Positions 27,404 through 38,378 of a stretch of 64,000 bases of DNA are shown one piece after another. How positions within the stretch are numbered: position 1 is the stretch's first letter; each line of letters starts with the position of its first letter. The DNA comes from Kudoa neothunni. Taxonomy: Eukaryota; Animalia; Cnidaria. The stretch is from positions 10,717,637 through 10,781,636 of the forward strand of contig OZ199838.1 in assembly GCA_964304625.1 (NCBI GenBank), given 5' to 3'. The position numbers and the translations under genes are program-made. The notes under the pieces are model-generated. The model saw only the letters and a list, made by a program, of their open reading frames with translations. It was not told where the DNA came from and made no database searches.

Positions 27404-27729
27404 TAGAACATGCTTCTTAATTAATTTCTCGGGGTTTCAAAACTATACGTAAAATTCGTTCCACCATAAAGAGAAAGTGCAGAGAATTAGAGCTCCTATT
27501 ATTCACCTTTTCATTCCCAAACTCTTTGTTATGTGATCTGAATAAAATATATTGCGTGAAAATGGTTTGTTATAATGATTTAAAGCGTTAAATGATCAAT
27601 AATTTTGTTTATTGGTTATTATCATCAATTTACAGGAAAAAATGAGAATTAAGTAAAAATCCAATTCGTACGTATCGTAGGCACGAAATAGTTTCATTCC
27701 GTATTTACAATGCATTGAAAATTTATTTT

Positions 27730-28590
27730 GTATTTTATTAATAAACAATGGCTTAATATAACCATTATGTTTAACATTGATCAATTTTATTTGTGCGCGC
27801 GCGCCAAATTAATGTGAACTTCTCATTTTTGGAACTGTTCCATATCTAAAAATCTTTAAAGCTTAAACTCTCAAAAAGAAGCACAACAGACTGGGTTTTA
27901 ACAAGTCTATTTTCCCCTGAAATGGATATATTATATAATTATATAGCAGGGTGGAGAAACTACTGACCATTGGCCTCATGCGACCCCTGAAAGATTCTAT
28001 TGCAGCCACGAGTTTTTTCATTATGAACCTCAAAAAATTTTATATTACTCAATATTCATTATGTATTTTATTCTCATTGAGTAAGAACAATTCTCTCAAG
28101 TGAGGCGACTTACTCGATTTGAAATGAATTGGTTTAAAATAAAAAATTATTGTTCTATTTGAATTCTAATGTTAGTATAAAAGACAATTTTTGAATGTTG
28201 TGCCCCTTTATCAAAACATATTATCTACACGCGGACCCAGATAAAAAAGTTTATCCATCCCTGCTATATAATAATTTATTAGATTATGTACAACAATAAT
28301 CCCTGTATAACTTTTTTAAATTAATCCTTCAACTTTTCAAATATATGTTAATATTTTTAAACTATGAAAAATTTTATTTTAACAAGAATCTTGTATAGAA
28401 TATACATTACGATGATGTACAAAAACAAATTACGTTGTTTAAAAATACATCCAATTTAAATTTTAGAATATGTATTCTAGTGCTGGGATTCACTAAAATT
28501 ATTTTTAATCTGTTTCGAATAAAGTATTCAAAATAGATCCTTATGGAGACGAAATTTGTTCTCTTATTCACTTAAAATTTAAATGAGCAT
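27730..28590. repeat. Diverged duplicated segment (partner 17080-17640), interrupted by a hAT MITE
   Basis: Colinearity with 17080-17640 resumes on both sides of 27947-28263. Confidence 0.6.
27947..28263. mobile_element. hAT MITE (317 bp)
   Basis: TIRs CAGGGTGGAGAAACT / AGTTTATCCATCCCTG. Absent from the homologous segment near 17280. Flanks are TTATATAG / CTATATAA. Confidence 0.75.
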
Positions 28591-28909
28591 CGACCACGAA
28601 AAGGGTTTAAAAATTTCAAAATGTGGTTTTAATAGGAAACTGGAGAAATCCCAAATAAGATAAAAATTTATTACAATTATCACTTTAAATCAATTTGATC
28701 TTAGATGCAAACATTTTTCAACCTCGTTAAAGCTGTCTCAAAATGATTTTTTAATTATTGGCGCTGCATTAAACGCTGAAATGGGAGAACATATATAGTG
28801 CATTAATGAATAAAGCTGATGTTGAGATAAAAAACAATAGTCCACTTATGTCCATATCCAAAAATTATCAAACATATCCTATAAAGTTGTAAAAATTACA
28901 CTAATTTTT

Positions 28910-30991
28910 TTACCATATCTCTTCCTGATATAAGCCCAATTTTTGCATTCTTTTAATAAATTCTATAGCGTACTCCTTGTCTACAGGTACAGCACTATTT
29001 TCGACTATAACATCAACGAACGAATCTTTCACACTTTTTGGCATGGAATTCTTGGCGCTACCACACAATATAATAACTATATTGAGGTCTTTTATCATTT
29101 CATAGATCCAGGCGGAATTTTGCTTGATAATATCTTGAACATAAATTTTATGAGGTTGATCTCGAGAGAAGGCAACAAACATTTCACAAACACCATGCTC
29201 AATTGCAGCGTTGAAAACCTCACTTAAGAGAAAATCTTTTTCACAATTCCTAAAGATTAATTATTTCAAAGTAAACACTGTATTCAAATTGCCTGAATCC
29301 TAGAAAAATTTTATTAGAATTCTTCAGCTCTTGTACTGATTGGTAGTGTCGAGCATGTAACAGCAATTCACTCGCATAAAAAGCAAATGGTGCACAACCA
29401 GTTCCAGGGCCAATAAGAATTTTTGGTGTTTCAAAGGAAAAAAATCTTTTATTTATAATTATAAAAAAAAGCATTCTAAACAATAACTTTAAAATTCCAG
29501 GTCTAATCGATACAGCAACTTTTTCACCAACAAAAACCTGATCACATAAATATCTCGAGCATAAACCAACTCTAGGGGTAGCAATTATAGTTTTATATTT
29601 GACTTTCGCAACAACAACTGCAAATTTGACGCAGCTGTAGGAATTATTCGATAAAGTCACCATTGTGCTGGGAATCGAATCAATTTTTTTACATGATATA
29701 CTATAGGAACGAGATACTATCGGGCTCAAAAGGTCAAAAAGATGACCAACCTCAATATTACAAGCTGTGTTATAAAAATCAACGCAAACATCTATAAAAG
29801 ATTTTTTAGGACGATAACAATAATCAAGATAATCATCATATATAGAAGCTATTTCAAGTAGACGCTCTTGTTCCCGAGAATCAGTAGAAATAAAATGCAA
29901 AACCAAAAACACATCTTGTTTTGGTACATTAACCAAATCAAAATAATTCTCCAAAAGGTATTTCAATGTAAACGCATTCCCAACATCATCACTATTAAAT
30001 AGAAATTGAGGTTTTTCATCATAAGAATCCAGCAATTCAACCGTAATAGTTCTCTCAAGACTTTCGTTTGATAATTGAAGCAGTTCGATTAGATTTTTGA
30101 CATCTTCGATAGCATTTTTTGGCCTTACTACAGCAATATCACCTGGTTTGATATTTTGAGCTTGAGCAGAATCGATTTCGCACTCAAAAGTTAATCGATT
30201 CACCTGCTGAAAATGATCATCTGATGTGATACGACAATTTTCTAACACTCGACAAATAACAGAATCATCTTCGCATAATTCCACATTCAGGTTTTGTGTA
30301 TTCTCTATCTATATTTCAATGAACTCTATCATCACATATCGTTCAATACATTTATCTTGTTGTCAATATAATTTATTTGAAATCTAGGGTGATAACTATT
30401 TAGCAATAAATTGCTCTCATGATTATCCAAATTTTGATTAAAAAACTCTTTCAACACATATTCTACACAGTTGTTTAGCCAAGGAATAGCTTGATAATCA
30501 GGTCCAGTAGGATCTTGATCATCAGCCAATCCCACATTCATTATGGGGCTTGCTCCCAGTTGTCTCAGTCTTTTGAATAGAATTAGACCACAATAATTAT
30601 ACCTAGAATGAATAAAGATTTCAAAAAATGATATGGCAATATGTAAATTCATTGTGGAATACTTAGTATAATTGGAATCACCAAAACCTAGAACACCAAA
30701 TTTAAGTCTGTTCAAATATTCGCCTATAGCGAGGTTTTTTCGAAGAATGAATTTCCAAAAATTTCCCATATTTTTTGGAGGATGACCTTGTCCAGTGGTA
30801 GAAACAATAAATATGCACAGTTGCTTTTGTGGTAACGTCTCTATCCCACATCGATCTAATGAACTAATGAAACAGCGTACGCCGAAATCCCTCAATCTTC
30901 GCCATATTTTCCGAGAATAGCTTATAGCCGTTCCAGTTTCACTTCCGTAAAGTATGTGACATTGTGGATCCTGCTCTACACCACACATCAT
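28910..30991 (-). CDS. NDOR1: NADPH-dependent diflavin oxidoreductase 1 (about 5 exons)
   Basis: Flavodoxin motifs ILYGSETGTA, STTGQGHPPKNMGNFWKFILRKNL and GFGDSNY. FAD/NADPH motifs RSYSI, GLCS.YL, IGPGTGCAPF, AFSRDQ.HKIYVQ and C-terminal YQEEIW. No N-terminal membrane anchor. Confidence 0.93.
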
Positions 30992-31115
30992 CACATGCCT
31001 TATGTATCTCGGTTAAGTTCGTATTTATATTCTCCAACTTAAGATTGGTATTGGTGGTTTTTATTTATCACATAATTTTTTTACGTGAAATTGGGCAAAG
31101 CTCTCCAATTTAGAA
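30992..31115. promoter_or_regulatory. Putative bidirectional promoter between NDOR1 and LIPT1 (124 bp between ATGs)
   Basis: Divergent start codons at 30991 (-) and 31116 (+). Confidence 0.6.
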
Positions 31116-32201
31116 ATGAATCAAGTTTTGCGACGACAACATAAGCTAGTTGCTGAATCGCACTCATTTTTGGAATTCTATCAAAGTCATCTTGCAACTA
31201 ACAGAGTTATCCCAATATTTGTGTCAAATTTTTTCAACCCTTATCTAAACTTTTCGCTCGAACAATTCATATTCAATAACAACAATGGATTATATGCTAG
31301 AAATAAGTCTATTCTTGTGTACCGCAATAGTCCGTCCATCGTTTTTGGCGCATTTCAAAATCCTTGGATTGAATGTAACATAGTGGGTGCCACTGAAAAT
31401 GGTATCAATGTGTGTCGACGTAAAAGCGGAGGCGGAACTGTTTTTCACGACCCGGGAAACCTTAATTTTACCATATTTTCATCCAACAAACATCTTCAAC
31501 GTACCAACATCATGAATGAAATGGCTTCCTTCCTTGGAACCTTTTTCAATCGAAATATCACAGCCAATCATCGTAATGATATAGTTGTTGATGGAAAGCT
31601 AAAAATCTCTGGTTCCGCCGCCAAGTTCGAAAAAAACAAAGCTTACCATCATCACACTCTTCTTTGCCATAGTGATCTTGATCTGTTGGAAAAGATACTT
31701 CATTCGAACCTACCTAAAGTTTCTGAGAACTTCGATTCGAATGCCACCAAAAGCGTTCGATCGTCTGTTACCAACCTATTCACGTCATTACAGGAATTCG
31801 AAAACTCTCTTAATGATATTATTTCGGGGTTTTCACAATATCTGTCAACTATGAATGACTGTCCTGTTCTAAATATTGATGTGGATAGCGTCGAAACCGA
31901 ACAACTAAAAATTACAACTCGAGAATTTCAAAAATTTGATTTTGTTTATGGAAAAACTCCACCTTTTAATTTTTCTGTCCAAGTTGACCTACAAACGTAC
32001 AGATTCAGTATCAAAAATGGGTTGATTCGTGAGATTGGTGCGTTTACCGAAAATTATTCGTCTAGCTCGCCTATCAATCAAATCTATCGTCACAATAATG
32101 ATACCGAGTACTATCCTTTTACGATGGAAGGATTGAATTCAATTTTTACTGATAAACGATTCGATTCTTTATTGGATATTTTAGCTAAAATCACTTTCTA
32201 A
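31116..32201 (+). CDS. LIPT1: Lipoyltransferase 1 (LplA family), apparently intronless
   Basis: 361-aa ORF with NPYLNFSLEQ, RNSPSIVFGAFQNPWIEC, RRKSGGGTVFHDPGNLN, KISGSA, YHHHTLL, SNATKSVRSSVTNL and YGKTP. The N-terminal extension could be a mitochondrial presequence. Confidence 0.93.
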   Translation: MNQVLRRQHKLVAESHSFLEFYQSHLATNRVIPIFVSNFFNPYLNFSLEQFIFNNNNGLYARNKSILVYRNSPSIVFGAFQNPWIECNIVGATENGINVCRRKSGGGTVFHDPGNLNFTIFSSNKHLQRTNIMNEMASFLGTFFNRNITANHRNDIVVDGKLKISGSAAKFEKNKAYHHHTLLCHSDLDLLEKILHSNLPKVSENFDSNATKSVRSSVTNLFTSLQEFENSLNDIISGFSQYLSTMNDCPVLNIDVDSVETEQLKITTREFQKFDFVYGKTPPFNFSVQVDLQTYRFSIKNGLIREIGAFTENYSSSSPINQIYRHNNDTEYYPFTMEGLNSIFTDKRFDSLLDILAKITF

Positions 32202-33220
32202 CTTTTTTTCATTCATTTGTTGCCATTTTTTATTAAGTAAACTTTTTTGAAATCAAAAAAAGATAAATATATTTTCTTATCTTCTCGTTCAATCTAATCT
32301 ATAGAATAATTTTTTTTCTATAAAAAGTTAAAGTTTCAATTTCAATTATTTTAAAAAATTAATTCCAAACAGAGGGGTGATTAAATTATTCAAAGAACAT
32401 TTGATTACAATGTATGCCTGGCATTTTAATAGGAATAATTTAAAGAAAGTTTTAATGATTAACTTATGAATAAAACAATATTTGTTCAATATTCCCTGTT
32501 AGATGGTGAAGTGAACCTATCCAAAATAGGCAGATTAATGAAAAATAACATTGTTTCGTAAGAATAAATATTATCGAGTTAAATTCTTCGTTCGATGGGT
32601 CGTTCGTGACAAAACAGGTTGCTTAGAAATGCTACTTTTAAAAAATATGTTATCTAATTACATTTTTTAAATTTAAACCTGAATCTTTCCTTCTACTTAC
32701 GATTTTTAAAGAAAAATAAAATATTATCATACTCGTAATCATGTTTTTACTTGTAGTATGTACAATTCTTAACCTTTACAGAAACATATATAATTCACAG
32801 GCCTATTCCAGTGAAGTTATGAAATAGTGTTTTTGTATTGAGAGTTTTGGATAATTGGGAAAATGCTAATTTTTTTTGATTTAACCAATAAAAAACTACG
32901 GCAATATTCATTGGCATGTACGAAATGTGGTTTAACATAAAGTTTTCTTCCTGGTAGAACTTTTATTGATATTTTTAGTATTAAAATTTTCAATAGCCTC
33001 CATTTAACTAAAGGGTAAAAAGTTGTAATCTGTTTTGTGAAGCAATTTTATAGGTTCAAGAATTATACTCCGTATATTTTGTTGGGGGAAAAAGTTTCTG
33101 AATAAGGGAAGATTGTTTATATATGCATCATTTTTTCAAGCATCAAATGGAACTTTTGTAAAGAGCATTCATTTATTTTAATGACAATGCTTGATTTCAC
33201 ATGTGAATTTAATCCTAAAC

Positions 33221-33677
33221 CAACGCTTCTCAACTCAAATCGGACTCGCGCTCCCTTTTAATTAGAACACGAAAGGCGCACCCACTTCTATATAGGATAA
33301 CACTTAGCTCACTCAAAATATTGGGTAATTAGTCTTAGGTGTAACATAAAACTAGCATTAAGAATAAGTAAAAATAAAATCGTTAATCGTTCTAGTGAAA
33401 TTTTAAAATTTTTTTCAAAAGAAATATGATATTTTCATATTTTATTCATGTATCAATAGTTAAGCGCATTTCTATACTATTTAAGTAATTCTAAAGTTTC
33501 GTTCATTAATATTTTGGAATAAACGAGACTATTATCTCTGCATTATATTAAAAGAAAATAAATAAAAACCGATTAAACTAGGAAAATCGATGATATATTT
33601 TAAAAAATTATTGTAAATTTTGATCCAATCTCACATCCTTCTAAACCATTAGCTCGCTCCCCAGTTGGGAATCGCTG
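33221..33677. mobile_element. Buster-type hAT MITE
   Basis: TIRs CAACGCTTCTCAACT / AGTTGGGAATCGCTG with 8-bp TSD TCCTAAAC / TCCTGAAC. Confidence 0.8.
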
Positions 33678-33808
33678 TCCTGAACGACGCGCCCGCGGAT
33701 ACAATCGGTCACTTTCTTTCATTATTACGGTAGAATAATCCCCATTTCTAACTGTTTGGACGACAAAAAAATAAGCTTATCTATAACTATCAAAAAAATT
33801 TTTTTTTA

Positions 33809-36629
33809 TTAGAGTGAATTTTGACTTTTTCTTTTGAATATGATGAACCCAGCTACTGCTGCGATCATTACAGCAACAATCAGTAGAACTACGACACTAA
33901 ATAAAATTTATTGCACAGTCAAACCCATAATATATTTCTACATTGTAGTGGTCCTCGACCTAAATAAAAAATCATCTTTAATACATTATACATATATAAA
34001 CCTGGAACTGCTTTTCGATCCTATAAATCATATTAAAATTGAAAATTATTTATAAAAATACCTCTATATATTTCATTAATGCCATAAATTGATGCATCTT
34101 GCAAACTGTAAATAGTTAGATGGTAGTCGTTATCGTCTGCTATTCCATTAATCGTGAAATTTTTACATGATGGGAAAAGTCCACATCCATCAATTTCACC
34201 TCCCATACACGATTTGACTAGTGGATTGGATGCCACGCTAGTGACGATCAATTCCCATTTGCAAAGGGCTGACTCATCCATACTAGGTGGAAGCTGGTTT
34301 TCAACAATCAAAGCTTCGTCATTCCTTGTAATGGTGACAAGTATTGTTCGACTACTTTCAGTAGGGTTGCTCTTGGTATGTTCTATATTAAATTGTTTAT
34401 AAAATTAAAAAGATTTTTACTGCCACATGAATAAATCTTGTTTACGTGGTCCTAAAGTAATGACACCTGGTGAGGATTTTCCAATGGCTGTTACCATGAT
34501 TTTATATTCGTTTTTTGCCACGTAATCATCGTATATAATAGATCTGCACAATGGTAGTTCCATGCAATTAGAATTTTTTGTAGGGGTTGATGTTACTGAC
34601 GAGACACATGTGTAGATATCTTCATAATTTTCTCCCTTTTTGACCTTAACCGTATACTCACAAATAGCACCTACGTCCGGCGTAGGCAGGTGAACCTCTA
34701 ATTCGAGACCTTTAAGGATACGCTTATGAGTTATAATTAATGTGGCTAAAGCTTCTAGGGGTTAACAAATGAAAAAAGTTAATAAAATTACATGTTGAGA
34801 CATTGAGGTGAATAATTTCACCAATGTTATTAGCTGCAATAATTTTAAAATCATAAGTTGTCAATGGGTCAAGATATATTATGTCCTGTTTATCTTTACA
34901 GAATCCTCTACAAGGATTGCTATCTTTACATTTTGCTGGATAAAATGTATTTTGTCCGGCCAAACTCAGGTAGTACTCACAACTTTCTTCAATACCGCCA
35001 ACTGAGCTTCGATCACTGCTTCCAATAACTGATAAAACTGCACTAGATCCCGTTATATTTGAGACGGATATTTGATATTTTTGAATAGCGTTTCCAACTT
35101 ATCGGACATGAACACAAAATATAAATATAATATTACTTGTTTTAATTAGTATGTGTTCTTTAAAATCAATTGGATCAGTTATACTTGATGGTGTTATTTC
35201 AAGCATATGCGGTCTTCCTGAACCACGATATTCCAAGTCTACTTTACCACAATCATTTTTGCATTCGTATCTCTTAGCTTCAGAGCGTACACTATTATCT
35301 TCACAAGTTGCTTCATCAGGTGATGTTGGTCTAATAAGATCTGCAAGATATGATCTGAGGGTGCATTGTGTAAATGCAGTCGACGGAGCAGTTTTGAATA
35401 GTTCTCCATTAAATGTTGCGCTCATATGTGAATAGTTTGAGAGTAGCGCCACAGTGCCCACATTTGTCGCTATTACGGATTAATAAAAATAACTTATTAC
35501 TTGATAATTACCTAGTTTGTTTTGGAGATATCCTTCTAAATCTGGACCCTCGGTTTTTGACTGGTCATGATGTCTAGTTTGAATAAGTACCTTATAAAAC
35601 ACTTTCGCTGCATCGACCGTTAATTCAATGTCTCTGCAGAGAGCGTAGCAATCTCCTTCCTTGTTACCACATTTTGATTCATATTTGCTCGAAATTTCAG
35701 TGGACTTAGAACCTTTAATTCTGAACAAGCATATTTCAGAGAAGAGTGAATTTGTGAATTTCAAAACGATTTGATTATTGTTACTTGTCTTCTTTGATAG
35801 ATAATATTGCGGCTGGTATATGGCGATGTTATTTTTCATAAATTTGTTTGGCATATAATAATAAAAACTGGGATATTTTTCACATCTCATTTCATAATGA
35901 GGAATCAGATGAAAATGATACACACCGTTCTCTCTATTATTCTGTGTGCACGTCGTACTCCTTTTACCCTCAGCATATCTAACATTCTTAAAATAAATAG
36001 GACAATCCACAGGGGAACAGGTTTTAGTTGAGAATTTTAGGTCTCCCATAGTAGGTGAAACAGATATTGTGATTTGTGGATCTACCAATAGTGCTAAATA
36101 CAATCTGTTGAAAACCTGACTCAGCAAAACAAGATTTTACGTGTGGAAAATCCATAGACTTTCCTCATATTTGCAAGATTCGTCCCATGTTTAGAAGAAA
36201 CGGATACGTAATTGATTCTTGGAGAGAGTTCGTCAAAACTCAGTAAATGATTATCACCAGCACATTGCCGATAAGACTTGCTTCTATCGTCATCACGAGA
36301 ATCAGAAAGACCAGCAATTATTTGAAAAGAAAGAGGTGTATTAGCTTGACGGATTTCTGCTTCGTTTGACCTAAGTATAATGCACTCTTTTGTTCCATCG
36401 TAAGGAGCTCCTTTAAGTAGAAGCTTAATTTTATTATCATGTCCAATTGTGGGTCTAACAATCTGATAACTTAAACTGCCAGGTTTGGGAGGTATTCGAG
36501 ATGCATCATCTTGTGCATATTTCCAAAAATAATTTATAAATATAACTATGAATATGTTAAAATATTTTATGTAATAAATAAACCTTATATACAGAAAATT
36601 AAAGTTGTCGGTGTTCGAACTAACATCAT
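33809..36629 (-). CDS. Uncharacterised type I membrane protein of about 800 aa with about 7 Cys-rich FN3-like modules and a very short tail
   Basis: Ten exons splice in frame with GT-AG introns. Signal peptide MMLVRTPTTLIFFIFINYFWKYA. Phase-1 introns lie between modules. FN3 signatures ISVSNITGSSAVLS and LDPLTTYDFKIIAANNIG. Micro-exons at 34002-34020 and 33942-33959. TM IVVVLLIVAVMIAAVAGFIIF and tail KRKSQNSL*. Confidence 0.85.
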
Positions 36630-37363
36630 ATTCTAACAAATTTATTCAACTTCATATTATATACACGCGTAATCTCTCTATATATACAATCAAATTATAT
36701 AATACGAATAAATCAAATGGTATTCATCCTCTGAAATGAATATATGAATTTAAATCTATAGTTAATAAAAATCATCGGGAATACTCCTTTTTGTCACTAC
36801 TCCTATGTCCATTAACATAACTAATAGTTTCAAAAAAACGTGATGCTTGATGGAAGAGGAATGAGCCCAATAATTAACATAATCAATCTATAATTTTCAC
36901 AAATTTAATTTACATAAGTTTAATTTAATAGTGCATTTAAAGGCGAAGGAAAATTTTTATTTGTATTATTCTTCGTGAAAATGTCCATTTTTTATATACA
37001 CTGCGGTCGTTTATTAGTCTAATTCTAATACCCTAGCTCTTACAGCTTTCAATTTTTTGAACTAACACACACGAACGAACGAAATTTTCACGAATGAAAG
37101 CGCATTGTCTGGAAATTAACATTTTTGAAATTATAATCGGCTAAACCAACACCATTAAACTTTTTCGATAAATCGATTAAAAGGAAACAATCTTTGGTCT
37201 ATTTTGCTACTGTCTGATAGTTCTAAAATTAAATAATCGATAAATTGCGTCATTTTTGCCAACATCTTTTTTCGATGTTCAGGAGGAAATACAGAAATGT
37301 CTTTTATATGTAATAGTATTAAAGCAAGCAACCATTGTTCTTTTATAGTCGATTGATATTATA

Positions 37364-38378
37364 TAGCGGGGGGCAGACTTGCTCAGATCGGGAAACAATT
37401 TTAAGGTTTCCAAAATGTTCAAGAGCCACAAAACATCAAAATCATTTATGTACCCTTTCCTTATTTAAAACGTTCATTTTTGGGGACTGTTAAGAAAAAA
37501 TGATCTAGAATTACAAATAAAGGTTTTTAATTTTTTTCATATTTATTTAATCCCTGGAAAACTTACTTATAATTTTTACAGATCTAATTTATGATGGTTT
37601 TTCTAAATATGCGAATTAGTAGTAAATGATCCAAGGAATTTTTTCTCTATTAAAAATGTCACAATAATAAAATATTTTTCATGTTTAATCATGTATGGTA
37701 GTCTGACGAAAAATAAAATTAAATATTCACGAATAAAGTAATACAAGAATTTAATGCATTCAACAAATTTTTTTAGAAATTGTTTCTGCTTCAAGTTTTT
37801 CATGTTTCCATCTTATCAGTGAACTGATAGTTATCTGGTCTGTATACTGTTGACGCTGTACGAATTAATTACGTCAGGCGTTTGTTTGGGAGGGGGGGAT
37901 ACGCGATGCCTCGATTTTACAAACTTTATCGTTGAATAAATAGACTCACAACAATAAGTTGTTCCGAAGATAATAACAAGTTTGATGCAAATTTCTTTTA
38001 GTTTTGAATGTTTGGTTTCTAGAACGTATTTCCAAAATTTGATTGGTGAGTCGGAATAACGAATCATCTTAAAAGCTTTAATGCGTGTTTTATTATTCCT
38101 ATAGCTATCGCTTTGATAATGGATAAACATTAGTTCTAATTGTATTCTCTAATGAAAATATTATTAATCCTTGTTTGCATACAATATTAAAACTATATGG
38201 TAGTTTGTAACTATTTTTTCCGATCCACAAATATTATCTAGTTTACGATTAAAGCGTTCATTTCTTTATTTGATTAATTGGTTTAAACTATGTAGTTTTT
38301 TCGAATTAACGTGCTGGTTGAATTAAAAAAAACTCAACTCTAAACAATTTAATAAGAGCCACGGTTTGACCACTCCTG
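37364..38378 (-). mobile_element. Internally deleted hAT element (SPIN/GTF2IRD2-like)
   Basis: Dimerisation-domain remnant FWKYV..KLKEICIKLVIIFGTTYCCESIYSTIKFVKSRHR at 37831-38130. Imperfect TIRs (TAGCGGGGGGCAGAC / GTTTGACCACTCCTG). No clean TSD. Confidence 0.7.

Noticed and set aside
31116-32201. Bacterial lplA acquired by horizontal transfer, because the gene is intronless
   Set aside because: Motifs (QNPWxEC, YHHxTLL, SNATxSV) and the N-terminal extension fit eukaryotic LIPT1, and base composition matches its neighbours.
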